Virus record (IMG/VR): IMGVR_UViG_3300037463_000060
Coordinates: 1-43,819 of that record
DNA length: 43,819 nucleotides
Direction: 5' to 3' (one strand)
Source of the DNA: a virus
Lineage: Duplodnaviria > Caudoviricetes
Part shown: positions 1 to 8,846 of the stretch, piece by piece
Numbering within the stretch: the first letter of the stretch is position 1
Layout of the letters: every line of letters starts with the position of its first letter
Made by a program: the position numbers and the translations under genes
The notes under the pieces: model-generated
What the model was told of the DNA's origin: nothing
Databases searched by the model: none
The model's input: only the letters and a program-made list of their open reading frames with translations

Positions 1-1950
1 ATGAGCGCCGACGGAACGCCCCCGACCCATACCATCAACCTCCCCCTCGCCGACCTCCGCGAGAGCCGCTGGCAGCCGGCCGGGCGCTCGGAGCGGAACA
101 TCGACGAGATCGCCGCGAGCATCGCCGCCCATGGCATCCTCGAGCCGCTCACCGTCCGGCAGGTGGACGGGCACCACGAGATCGTGAAGGGCCATCGCCG
201 ACGCGCTGGTGGGCTCCGGGCCGGCCTCGTCGAAGTCCCGTGCGTCGTCCGCGAGCTCACCGACGAGAAGGCCCTGGAGCTCTTCGTGGTCTCGAACGGC
301 CACGAGGAGATGACGCCGGTCGAAGAGGCCGACGTGTTCGGGCGCGCGCAGGCCGACTTCGGGTGGACGCCCGAGAAGATCGCCGACCGGTTCGGGAAGA
401 GCCCGGCGACCGTCCACAAGCGCCTCATCCTGCTCCGGCTGATCGAGCCGGCGCGGGCGGCGCTGGTGGCCAAGAAGCTCCTCGTCGGCGTCGCCGAGCA
501 CCTCGCCCTCCTTCCGGAGGCCGATCAGGCCCAGGCGGTCCCGAAGCTCACCGCGGGCGAGGAGCCGGCCGGGCGCCGGGTCGGGCTGCAGATCCTGTCG
601 GCTTATCAGCGCTCGCTCGCCGACGTACCGTGGCAGCTTGGGGACGCGCTCCTCGTCGCAAAGGCGGGCGCGTGCACGGCATGCCCCAAGAGGACAGGCG
701 CCCAGCTCCCGCTCCTCGCGGATCAGGCACCCGACGGCGACCGCCTTGACGCGGCTTGCTTCGACGAGAAGTGGAAGGCCGAGGCGGGCGAGGAGCAGGC
801 CGAGGAAGAAGCCCGGCCGTCGCGCTCGAAGGCGCGGAAGAGCGCGCCGCCCCCCGGCCCGGTAACGCGCCCCGAACCGCTGGCGCCGCCGGTCGACCTG
901 GAGAAGATCGCCACCGAGGCCGCGATCAAGCGCGCGGTCGCCGAGGTCGTCGCTGCGGCGGGCAGGAAAAAGAAGATCGACGTGAAGGCGCTCCGCTTCC
1001 TCGTGAGTCTCTTTGCGCGGGCGGCCTACGACGAGGCGATCGACGAGATCGCGATCCACCGCATCGGGCCCGGGCTTAGCGCGGGCGAGCAGCGCAACGG
1101 CATCTTGTCGGTGATCGCGGCTGAGGAGCGGGAGCCCGCCCTGTATGCGATCGGTGTCGAGCTCGCGGTCGTCGGCGACCCGAACTTGACAAGCCTCTCC
1201 GAGGACGGGTGCCTCGTTCTTGCGGCGCGCCATTTCGGGGTCGACCTCGACGCCATCCGGGCCGAGGAGCTCAAGCGCCTGAAGAAGGAGGCGAAGGCGG
1301 ACAAGCCGATCCCCGGTGAACGGGCGGTATCGACGCCCATGGAGCGAGTGCGCGAGGAGGAGGAGGCGGCGGTGGGCCGGTGCCGGGTGTGCCGGTGCAC
1401 GGACGAAACGCCGTGCGCGGGGGCGACCGGCCCGTGCGGATGGGCGAACGTCGAGGAGGATCTGTGCTCGGTGTGCGCGGACATCCTGGACGGCTTCGAG
1501 GATCGGCTTGAGCACCGCGCGCGACCGGCGAGCGAGGTGATCGACGAGATCCTCGAGACCACCGACAGCCCCGGCGTGTCGCGGGAGAGGGTGCTGCGGG
1601 CGCTGGACGATCTTAAGAAGGTCGGCGTCGTGGTCTTAGCCGACGTGGACCCGAAGAGCGGCGCGATCCTCGCCCTGGCCAAGAAGCCGAAGCCCGTCCC
1701 GAAGGAGCCAGACCGCGAGCGCTCCGAGGTCGAGAAGACAGCCCGGTCGAAGAGCGTGAAGTCCGATGTGCACATCCTCGTGAAGCTGCCCACCGGCAAG
1801 AGGGGGAAGCCGCCGGTGAAGAAGGTGTGCGAGCTCGACGAGGTGCCCGCGGACGCGACGCCGACGAACCGGCCCGATGATTCGACGTGCACCGGGTGCC
1901 GGACGGCGTGGGCACTCACCGAGCAGACGCGGAAGGAAGCGGGGCTATGA
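1..1950 (+). CDS. ParB/RepB/Spo0J-family protein with long C-terminal extension containing Cys clusters
   Basis: IAASIAAHGILEPLTVR, EIVKGHRR (GxRR motif), VPCVVRE, TPVEEA plus HTH (WTPEKIADRFGKSPATVHKRL); later CTACPK and CRVCRC...C...C...CSVC. Confidence 0.85.
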   Translation: MSADGTPPTHTINLPLADLRESRWQPAGRSERNIDEIAASIAAHGILEPLTVRQVDGHHEIVKGHRRRAGGLRAGLVEVPCVVRELTDEKALELFVVSNGHEEMTPVEEADVFGRAQADFGWTPEKIADRFGKSPATVHKRLILLRLIEPARAALVAKKLLVGVAEHLALLPEADQAQAVPKLTAGEEPAGRRVGLQILSAYQRSLADVPWQLGDALLVAKAGACTACPKRTGAQLPLLADQAPDGDRLDAACFDEKWKAEAGEEQAEEEARPSRSKARKSAPPPGPVTRPEPLAPPVDLEKIATEAAIKRAVAEVVAAAGRKKKIDVKALRFLVSLFARAAYDEAIDEIAIHRIGPGLSAGEQRNGILSVIAAEEREPALYAIGVELAVVGDPNLTSLSEDGCLVLAARHFGVDLDAIRAEELKRLKKEAKADKPIPGERAVSTPMERVREEEEAAVGRCRVCRCTDETPCAGATGPCGWANVEEDLCSVCADILDGFEDRLEHRARPASEVIDEILETTDSPGVSRERVLRALDDLKKVGVVVLADVDPKSGAILALAKKPKPVPKEPDRERSEVEKTARSKSVKSDVHILVKLPTGKRGKPPVKKVCELDEVPADATPTNRPDDSTCTGCRTAWALTEQTRKEAGL

Positions 1951-2408
1951 TCACCGAGCGCTCCCAGCTCGATGCCATCGCCGCCGTGCTCCCGAAGAGG
2001 GTGATCGCAGGCGAGGCTGGGCCGTACCTTGAGCGCTACACGCTGCGCACGTTCCCGGACGGCGCGCAGATATACCTCCACCACTTCCTGCGCGGCGACG
2101 AGGACGAGGCGCTCCACAGCCACCCTTGGGCGGGAGAGAGCCTCGTTCTGGCAGGCGGGTACCGCGAAGAGCGGCGGGTGGAGGGCGACGGGATCGAGGT
2201 GCGGACGCTGGGGCCCGGCGATCGGAGCATCATCGCCCCCGACACGTTCCATCGCGTCGATCTGCTCGACGGGGAGACGTGCTGGACGCTGTTCTCCGCC
2301 GGCCCGCGCGTCCAGTCGTGGGGGTTTTGGGACCGGCGGACGAAGGTCTTCACGCCGTGGACCGAGTACCTCGCGAAGCGCGGCCTGTTTTCGATGGGTG
2401 GCCCATGA
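1947..2408 (+). CDS. Cupin-like phage protein
   Basis: ATG overlaps the ParB stop (ATGA); LHHF...LHSHPW...SLVLAGGYREE...FHRV His pattern resembles cupin folds. Confidence 0.6.
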   Translation: MITERSQLDAIAAVLPKRVIAGEAGPYLERYTLRTFPDGAQIYLHHFLRGDEDEALHSHPWAGESLVLAGGYREERRVEGDGIEVRTLGPGDRSIIAPDTFHRVDLLDGETCWTLFSAGPRVQSWGFWDRRTKVFTPWTEYLAKRGLFSMGGP

Positions 2409-2779
2409 GCCGCGCCTTCTACTTCGGCTGCTGGGAGAGCACCGGGCACTACCTGTATCTCCCGTCGGGAGCGCACGCATGGAATGCGGAGCTCGATCTG
2501 CCGTGGGGCTACGACCTCGACGGTGCGCTCGCCCCGCAGGTTGCCCGCGGCGAGCAGGAGCAGGGGCACGCGCGCCTCCACCACAAGGACGGGTGGACGG
2601 CGCTGGCCTTCTGGGATCGGTCGGCCGATCGTCGGTACGGTTCGAATAGCGCCTTCATCGCGGAGGGCACGCACGACTTCGCCGCGATGTGCGCGCTCGC
2701 CGAGCGGCAGTTCCCGGCGGTCTGGAAGCGGATCACGGACGCGTTCAAGATCGTCCTCGTCGATGGGGGTGCCTCGTGA
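2405..2779 (+). CDS. Hypothetical phage protein (MSRAFYFGCW...WTALAFWDRSAD...)
   Basis: ATGA coupling to the upstream gene, globular composition, GC-rich third codon positions. Confidence 0.7.
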   Translation: MSRAFYFGCWESTGHYLYLPSGAHAWNAELDLPWGYDLDGALAPQVARGEQEQGHARLHHKDGWTALAFWDRSADRRYGSNSAFIAEGTHDFAAMCALAERQFPAVWKRITDAFKIVLVDGGAS

Positions 2780-2851
2780 GCGGCTTCCTGCGGTTCTTCC
2801 GCGAGCTGCTCGGCGAGTCCTCGGTGAAGGTCAACCTGGGGCCCGCTCGTC

Positions 2852-3522
2852 GTGGTCGCTAGGCACGAGACCATTGAGGGCCGGAGCATGGCCTTCGTCG
2901 AAGGCGTCGAGGAGCCTCTCATCGAGGACGACGAGCTTGCCACGCCCGGCGGGGGCCGTCCGGAAAAGCCCTACCTGTTCACGGAAGAGCAGGCCTACAC
3001 GCTCATCTCCCAGAGCCGCTCGCCGCTCGCGCCGCAGCTCACCCGGAGCATGTCCGCGGTATATCGGGCTTGGCGGCGCGGCCTACTCGCGCCGGGCCCG
3101 GGGCTCGCCAAGGTGGAGGCGCCCCACGTCGACCTTGCTCCTGTGGTTGCTCGGTTCGAAGCCGTCGAGCAGAGCTTGACCACGTTCTCGTTCGTCGCGG
3201 TCTGGACGGTGACGCTGGCCGTCACCCCGGTGAGGAGGGCGTCCACCTTCGCCTCGATGCGCCCTTGGCTGATCTCGGGCTCGCACCGAAGCCCACGAGG
3301 CGCAGCGCCGCCATGGTCATCCTCCACGAGCTCTACGCCTTCGTCGGGTGGGGCTACGTCGGAACGGCCATCGCGTACATGCCCGCCCACCTCTACGGTC
3401 GCGCCCTCGCGCGGTTGGCGAGCCTCTGGAAGGAGGTTGAGCGGCACCGGGGGCGCGGCCCGAAGAAGGTGGCGCCCGTCGTGCCCCTCAAGAAGGCCGA
3501 GCCGGCACCGGGGGCATCGTGA
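2852..3522 (+). pseudogene. Disrupted antirepressor-like gene with an internal inversion and apparent deletions
   Basis: N-terminus resembles 31852..32655. The GLAKVEAPHVDLAP linker and the C-terminus (HELYAFVGWG..., different frame, stop at 3522) resemble 11979..12815. The ~3170-3275 segment codes on the opposite strand. Confidence 0.7.
3104..3138 (+). repeat. 35-bp direct repeat shared with 12330..12364 (2 mismatches)
   Basis: ctcgccaaggtggaggcgccc(cac/gcc)gtcgaccttgc at both sites, encoding LAKVEAPxVDLA. Confidence 0.9.
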
Positions 3523-3684
3523 GCGGCGCGCAAGGCGGCCCGGCGCCGCCCCCCGGGTCAAGGTTCGCATCGTCACCGGCGAGGATCAGGCCAAAGAGGG
3601 CTTCATATCAATGCAGGATCTGCACACGTCACCACTAAAAGCAGCGAACCCATAGCACCCAGAAAAAAAATCGACACGACCCAC

Positions 3685-3715
3685 TTGTCTATAGGTAACA
3701 CGCGTGTGACCTATA
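3685..3715 (+). promoter_or_regulatory. Probable promoter with a 26-bp near-perfect palindromic operator
   Basis: TTGTCT (3685-3690) overlapping tataggtaacacgcgtgtgacctata (3690-3715, one mismatched pair), 4 nt before ATG 3720. Confidence 0.6.
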
Positions 3716-3719
3716 CCGC

Positions 3720-3908
3720 ATGAACACGACGGCGAGCAAGACCAGGGACGGCAAGGCGGCATTGGAAGCGATGAAGTGTGGCGAGCGGCAGGCCCTCGCG
3801 GCGGACCTCTGGAAGGCGGTTATCGACGCCCCCGAGGGCAGCCGGGAGCGGGCCGAGGCCAAGGCGGTCTGGAGGTGGGCCCACGACGTGTGGAGCGGCC
3901 GGGCCTGA
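3720..3908 (+). CDS. Small hypothetical protein (62 aa)
   Basis: ATG directly after the palindrome, helical composition, GC-rich hairpins follow the stop. Confidence 0.6.
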   Translation: MNTTASKTRDGKAALEAMKCGERQALAADLWKAVIDAPEGSRERAEAKAVWRWAHDVWSGRA

Positions 3909-3974
3909 GGGGGAGCTCGGGGGGCTCCCGCCCGGGAGGCGCCGCGCCCGCGGTGCCCCGGGGCCGGGCCCGTA

Positions 3975-4196
3975 GTGACCCCCCTCCACGCCATCCTCGC
4001 CGCCGCCATCGACCGCGCCCAGGCCGTCCGCCCGAGCCTCACCCTCGCCGAGATCGCCGCCGCCGCCGGCCTGCACAAGCAGGCGCTCTACCGGGCGCGC
4101 GCAGCGTGCAGCGAGGAGACGCTTGGGAAGGTGCTGGCCGCCATCGAGCAGCTCGTCGGGCTCCGGCTCGACGTCGGGCTCGTCGAGCGCGAGTAG
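3975..4196 (+). CDS. Small HTH DNA-binding protein (73 aa)
   Basis: LTLAEIAAAAGLHKQALYRA is an HTH pattern. Confidence 0.65.
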   Translation: MTPLHAILAAAIDRAQAVRPSLTLAEIAAAAGLHKQALYRARAACSEETLGKVLAAIEQLVGLRLDVGLVERE

Positions 4197-4315
4197 GCCC
4201 ATCCCCCATCCGTCCAGGCCCACCACGCGAGTACCGCCGCGGCGTAGAGGAAGAGCACGATCAGCAGGCAGCCGCACCCGCCGATCATGCGGTCGGGGTC
4301 GCGCGGGCCGATCAC
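4088..4315 (-). CDS. Small membrane protein, last gene of the late operon
   Basis: GTGA coupling to the upstream ORF; one hydrophobic helix (CLLIVLFLYAAAVLAWWAW); 3' end overlaps the HTH gene. Confidence 0.4.
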   Translation of the reverse strand: MIGPRDPDRMIGGCGCLLIVLFLYAAAVLAWWAWTDGGWAYSRSTSPTSSRSPTSCSMAASTFPSVSSLHAARAR

Positions 4316-4644
4316 GGCCGCCGTCTCATCGCGTCGAAGAAGAGCCCCTGAAAGGCACAGGGGTCGTCACGGCGAGGGCGGGATTCAATCTTGATGGGCG
4401 GCGCCGGCCGGGGGACTCGCACCGGGCTCGGAGGGGTCGGCTCGTCCCACACCTTCGAGATGCGCTGGTGACCATCCGGCGGGAAATCGAACTCGTGCTC
4501 GCGAGCTCCCGGCGGCGGGGGCGCCGGAATGGTCTTTGGCGACTCGAATGCCTCGTCGATAAGCTGGCTGTCACGCCGGCACGGCGGGCAATCCCCATCC
4601 TCGTCCAGGGTTAGGCGGCACTTCGGGCAGAGCGGGCGCGTCAC
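4312..4644 (-). CDS. Hypothetical protein with N-terminal CxxC...CxxC and Pro-rich tail
   Basis: GTG at 4644 overlaps the lipoprotein stop; LCPKC...DCPPC. Confidence 0.5.
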   Translation of the reverse strand: MTRPLCPKCRLTLDEDGDCPPCRRDSQLIDEAFESPKTIPAPPPPGAREHEFDFPPDGHQRISKVWDEPTPPSPVRVPRPAPPIKIESRPRRDDPCAFQGLFFDAMRRRP

Positions 4645-5195
4645 AGCGCTCTGTATTCGGGCGGGAGCGGCATGGTCCCGCAATACCGCCACGGGTACCA
4701 CTGCCCCTGGGTCAGGGTCCACGGGACGCAGGCGCCGCCCTTTTGCCAATCCCGGTAGTAGACCTGCGTCACGGGCGGCTCGTCGAGGTCGGCGCAGAAC
4801 ACCTCGCCGACCTTCGTGATGTTGCCGATCGGCTGCGTCGGGAACGTGACCGGGTGGAACTGGGCGCATCGACGGGGCACGGTGTCAGGCCACGCGACGA
4901 TGCCAGCGGTCGCGTAGCCAACGCCGGTGCAATCCGGTGTCGCCCATCTCTGGAACGTGGGCCCGCCTTGCAGCCAGGGGAAGATCACCGGGTCGGCGCC
5001 GACGTAATACCCGAGCGCGGCGAAGGGGCGCTGCATCGAGCACGCCGGCTCCTCGCTCGGCGGCACGGGGTTGGCGAGCGCCTCCGCCTGGGCGACCTCC
5101 TCCACGCCCCTCGCATCGTCGGACGGCACCTCGCCGACGCACGCCGCCAGGGCCACAGACACCAAGAGAACCAAACGACGAATGTATGCATTCAT
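4641..5195 (-). CDS. Putative lipoprotein
   Basis: MNAYIRRLVLLVSVALAAC lipobox; six further Cys residues. Confidence 0.75.
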   Translation of the reverse strand: MNAYIRRLVLLVSVALAACVGEVPSDDARGVEEVAQAEALANPVPPSEEPACSMQRPFAALGYYVGADPVIFPWLQGGPTFQRWATPDCTGVGYATAGIVAWPDTVPRRCAQFHPVTFPTQPIGNITKVGEVFCADLDEPPVTQVYYRDWQKGGACVPWTLTQGQWYPWRYCGTMPLPPEYRAL

Positions 5196-5758
5196 GATAA
5201 CGACTTAACCTCCTGAACGATCAGTTTCGATCCCCCGTAGATAAAAAACTCCTCGCCGTCATTGGGCTCCGCTGTGATCGACACCGTGTATTCGATACCT
5301 GGCTCAACAGGACTGATAACGAAGTCAGGGAAAATGCCATTGATTGCAGCGGGGGCGAACACCCCTACAATTTCAATGAGCGCGTCAGAGAAATCTCCGC
5401 CGTTGACTCGGCACCGCACGAAAGTCGACGACACGGTCGACGCTATGAAAAGCGTAAGCGAGGCGATCAGGGATCCGCCACGCGTGGGCGTGATGGCAAC
5501 CGAACCCAGAGTGGTAAGAGCCGACCCCTCCGTTATCTCGATGGGCGCGTACTCAATCGCGCGCTCCGGCGGCGCCGCCGACGGGCCTTCGGGATTGACC
5601 TTCAGGACGAGGTAGCTCACCTCGCCCGGCGCCTGGTTCGGCGGGACGCGCTCGGCGATCAGATCCGAGCTGAGCTTCACGAGCGTCGACGCCTGGACCT
5701 TGGACCCGTCCGCGTTTTCGAACACACGCGGGCTATCGAATTGAATGAGCGGGTTCAC
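5192..5758 (-). CDS. Tail-fibre-associated beta-rich protein (second fibre or chaperone candidate)
   Basis: GTG at 5758 overlaps the fibre stop; beta-strand-rich C-terminal half, locally lower GC. Confidence 0.6.
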   Translation of the reverse strand: MNPLIQFDSPRVFENADGSKVQASTLVKLSSDLIAERVPPNQAPGEVSYLVLKVNPEGPSAAPPERAIEYAPIEITEGSALTTLGSVAITPTRGGSLIASLTLFIASTVSSTFVRCRVNGGDFSDALIEIVGVFAPAAINGIFPDFVISPVEPGIEYTVSITAEPNDGEEFFIYGGSKLIVQEVKSLS

Positions 5759-6708
5759 GTGTGCCTTCCGTTCACCGCGATAGAAAATCGGAATTCTGTC
5801 GCCTGCGGGTTCACCCACACATTGGTTGCGACATTCCGAAAATAGATCCTGGTTTTCGTCGTTGTCTGATCGTCGTAACCGATCCCCCCGACAAAGTGCG
5901 TGGTGTTGCCCCCGCTCGATCCCGTAACTTGAGGACAGTAATTCGCGTTCATGAAAGGGTGTGCCCAGGTGACCTCGACGAATTGGTTCGCCAGCGTAAC
6001 AGAGGCGATGTTTTCGCCATCGAGAACGCTCGCGTTCCCCGCGCCGTCCACGTTGATCGTGGCCCACGCCTTTTGAATGTTCGTCGAGTGGACGATGTTC
6101 GTGCCAGGGTTGGCAGAGGGCGTCGGCTGCGTCCCATTCAAATGGATGCCGCTCACCTGGAAGCGGGCCGCCGGGGCCGTGCCTGTCGGAAAGCTCTCCA
6201 GGCCAGGATTGTTTCCGCCGCCCGCGGACACCTTAAGCCCGGCCCCGTTCGCCCCGCCCTGAATCCACGCTCCCTCGCCGGTGCCAGTCCCCTTGGCCTC
6301 CAGCGCAATCCCATTAGGACCGCCGCCCAGAAAAAACCCAGCAGTCCCGCTCGCCGCACCACCCGTGGCCGTGATCCCCCGGCCCGTGCCATTCCCGACG
6401 GCGCCGATCGCGTCACCGTTCGGCGTGGAGTTCGATACGTTGATGCCCTCGGTGAAGTTCACCGTGGCATTGGGGAAATTGGTGAGCTCTTGCAGGATGT
6501 GTTCATCATTGGCGAGGGCGGCGGCAGCTACCCGCTGGACATCCTCCGCCGTCGCCTCCGCATCGTCGGTCGGGCACTCGATCTGAGTAAACGGGGCGCC
6601 CGGCCCCGCGTCGGCGGCGCTGATAAATACATGATCGGGCGGGATGGGCATGTCAGTAACTCCACAAGAGGCTATGGCGAGGAAGGATATGAGAATCGCA
6701 CGTCGCAT
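5755..6708 (-). CDS. Tail fibre / receptor-binding protein (alternative start at 6651)
   Basis: Follows the baseplate genes; Gly-rich beta-helix-like repeats (GDAIGAVGNGTGRGITATGG); C-terminal KAWATINVDG...NIASV...EVTWAHPFMNANY fibre-tip-like domain. Confidence 0.75.
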   Translation of the reverse strand: MRRAILISFLAIASCGVTDMPIPPDHVFISAADAGPGAPFTQIECPTDDAEATAEDVQRVAAAALANDEHILQELTNFPNATVNFTEGINVSNSTPNGDAIGAVGNGTGRGITATGGAASGTAGFFLGGGPNGIALEAKGTGTGEGAWIQGGANGAGLKVSAGGGNNPGLESFPTGTAPAARFQVSGIHLNGTQPTPSANPGTNIVHSTNIQKAWATINVDGAGNASVLDGENIASVTLANQFVEVTWAHPFMNANYCPQVTGSSGGNTTHFVGGIGYDDQTTTKTRIYFRNVATNVWVNPQATEFRFSIAVNGRHT

Positions 6709-7623
6709 TTAGTCGCCCTCTTTGCTCGCGAAATACCGCAGGTCGGTCCGTCGGGCGGCAACAGCGCCGCCCGTACCGTCGCTCTTGGTAGCCCACCCCC
6801 ATTGACCATCTGGCCACCCGAAGGCTGGGTCCCCAGCGTTCGCGTCGTTCGGGTCAAAGTCGGCCTCGCTCGGGGATATCACGATGGTGTGCGGCCGGGT
6901 CTCGTGCGGCGCGAAATCGCGGACGATCTGCCGGAGGACGGCGAGATCGCCGTGCGGGTAGACGCAGCCCCACGACTTGCCGTCGTCGCCGTACTTGACG
7001 CCGGAATTGTATTTCCAGTGGGTCGACAGCGGAAGGCCGTGAATCGTGGGCCAGAAATGCCATCGCCGCGGCGCGTAGCCGGGGTTCGATATCGAATACC
7101 AGTCCCACGTCCCGACCGGCTTGACGACGCGCTCGATAACGCCCGACCATCGCAGGCGCTCTCCGAGGGCGGTGTCCCCGTCGGGCCCGAGCGCGAGGGG
7201 TTCGTATCCCTGGAGCGCGAGCGCACGCCCGACGGTCCCCCGCGCGATGGTGTAGCAGACGGAGCGCTGCGTCCAGATTCGCACCTGCGGGTACTCGGGC
7301 GCAAGAAAGGCCTGGATCGCGAGGAGGAGCCCGGGGAAGAGGCCCGCGAGCTGCCATTGATCCATCCACAGCCGGAGGTACCGGCGCACGGCGATCTCGC
7401 TCGTGAACGGCCCGCGCCGGAGCCGGCGATCGAGGAGGAGGAGCGGGAGTGCGGTCTCGTCGCAGGTCGACGGGTACTTGTTGAGCAGCGCCTCCTGCAT
7501 CCATGCCGCGTCCACGTCGTAGAGGACCGCGAGCCCCTCGGTGTAGAAGCTGTGCACGTTCGGGCCGTTCAGCCACCCAGGCGGGAGGGCGCGAGCGAGC
7601 GCGTGGCGATATTGGAGCGTCAC
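6709..7623 (-). CDS. Baseplate wedge protein (P2 gpI / Mu gp48-like position)
   Basis: Follows the J-like gene; LPPGW...YPSTCDETALPLL...DRRLRRG...GLLLAIQAFL pattern. Confidence 0.65.
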   Translation of the reverse strand: MTLQYRHALARALPPGWLNGPNVHSFYTEGLAVLYDVDAAWMQEALLNKYPSTCDETALPLLLLDRRLRRGPFTSEIAVRRYLRLWMDQWQLAGLFPGLLLAIQAFLAPEYPQVRIWTQRSVCYTIARGTVGRALALQGYEPLALGPDGDTALGERLRWSGVIERVVKPVGTWDWYSISNPGYAPRRWHFWPTIHGLPLSTHWKYNSGVKYGDDGKSWGCVYPHGDLAVLRQIVRDFAPHETRPHTIVISPSEADFDPNDANAGDPAFGWPDGQWGWATKSDGTGGAVAARRTDLRYFASKEGD

Positions 7624-8846
7624 GAGATCCTCGATATCGAGTACGTCCCTAGGACGAACTCAACAATCGCGTTCGCGGCGGTCAGAACGGGGCCCGCTGG
7701 CGTGCTGACCTCGATCTCGACGATCTGCCACCGCCCGAGCGCTGCGCCTCTAATCGCACCTTCAATGTATTCGACGGGCACGGCGTTGTCCGGTGAGACC
7801 GCGAACCCTCCGATCGGGACCGCGAGCGCCGCCTCCGGAAACGCATCCTTAATGGCCTGTTTGATTTGGCCATCAGTGAGCGTCGTTCTGCGGATCGTCA
7901 TGGAGAAGCCCACGGTAATCGTGAGCTTCGCGACGTTTTCGACGTCCACTTGCGAGCAAACGCGCTCCGCGTACCACTGCACCTCCGCCGCCACCGCGGT
8001 CAGATCGGACGGCTCAACCGCGCCGTCATTGTCACCCACGTAGAGCTTGGAAACGCCGGTCGCGTCGTTCCGAACGAGCTTGGTCCGCGTCACCTGCACG
8101 CGGGAGCCGTCCGCCCGAAGCACGCCGCCCTGGCCGTCTCGGCCGGAGAGGGCGATCGACTCCACCGCCGACGACGGCCCCCCGCTGGATAGCCCGTCGG
8201 CGCCAGCGACGCCGAAAAGCCCAATCCGCGCGTCGATGCGTCTGTTTATTGACTCGGCGGTCTCGTCGTCCACCGTGCGCGCGGCTTGGGTGCTTGCGAC
8301 CGCGACGCCTTCGAGCGCGGACTCCAGGCGATCGATCTCCCCTATCCCAGAATTCGAAGCTGTGCCCGGATCGACGGCTCGCACCCCGAACGTCCCCATC
8401 GATGGGACCAGCGACGGCGTGAGCTGCGCCGGCAGGATCGTGACCGATTCGGTGTTTTCGTAGAGCGCCTTCGTGGCGTCGTTCACCACCCGGAGCTCGC
8501 CAGGTTCATAGGGGCCGTAGCTGTTTCCGCTCACGTTCTCGACGTGCATGATCGTGGTCGCGTACCCAGCGACCTGCACGGGGAGCCCGAAGAATTCGAT
8601 CGCTATGAGCCGGAGCCATTCAATTGGCGCCGTCGACCGGAAGCCTGCGAGCGCGTAATTCGCCCGGTCGGCGCTTCGGTTTTCCTCGGCGAGCGCGAGC
8701 CCGTGGAGGAACGCGTTCTCCGGCGTCCCGGGCGTCTCCAGCGTCACGAGTTCGGGAGGCGACGGCGCCGACAGGATCCACCCCTTGAGCGCCTCAAGGG
8801 CCTGCTCCTGCGTTACCGGCGTTTGCAGGATGTCCACGGCGGTCAT
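7620..8846 (-). CDS. Baseplate J / Mu gp47-like protein
   Basis: TAPIEWLRLIAIEFFG...AGYATT...VRAVDPGTASN...VDDETAESINRR; size and position fit. Confidence 0.75.
   Translation of the reverse strand: MTAVDILQTPVTQEQALEALKGWILSAPSPPELVTLETPGTPENAFLHGLALAEENRSADRANYALAGFRSTAPIEWLRLIAIEFFGLPVQVAGYATTIMHVENVSGNSYGPYEPGELRVVNDATKALYENTESVTILPAQLTPSLVPSMGTFGVRAVDPGTASNSGIGEIDRLESALEGVAVASTQAARTVDDETAESINRRIDARIGLFGVAGADGLSSGGPSSAVESIALSGRDGQGGVLRADGSRVQVTRTKLVRNDATGVSKLYVGDNDGAVEPSDLTAVAAEVQWYAERVCSQVDVENVAKLTITVGFSMTIRRTTLTDGQIKQAIKDAFPEAALAVPIGGFAVSPDNAVPVEYIEGAIRGAALGRWQIVEIEVSTPAGPVLTAANAIVEFVLGTYSISRIS

Noticed and set aside
1026-2480. 484-aa minus-strand ORF
   Set aside because: Antisense to ParB and the cupin-like gene
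2776-2862. 28-codon ORF coupled to the 2405 gene
   Set aside because: Too short to support; possibly a remnant of a truncated gene
5192-6708. Diversity-generating retroelement or invertible fibre cassette
   Set aside because: No reverse transcriptase, serine invertase, duplicated TR/VR or inverted fibre copy seen
5761-8043. 760-aa plus-strand ORF
   Set aside because: Antisense to the fibre and baseplate genes; Arg/Gly/Pro-rich and not protein-like
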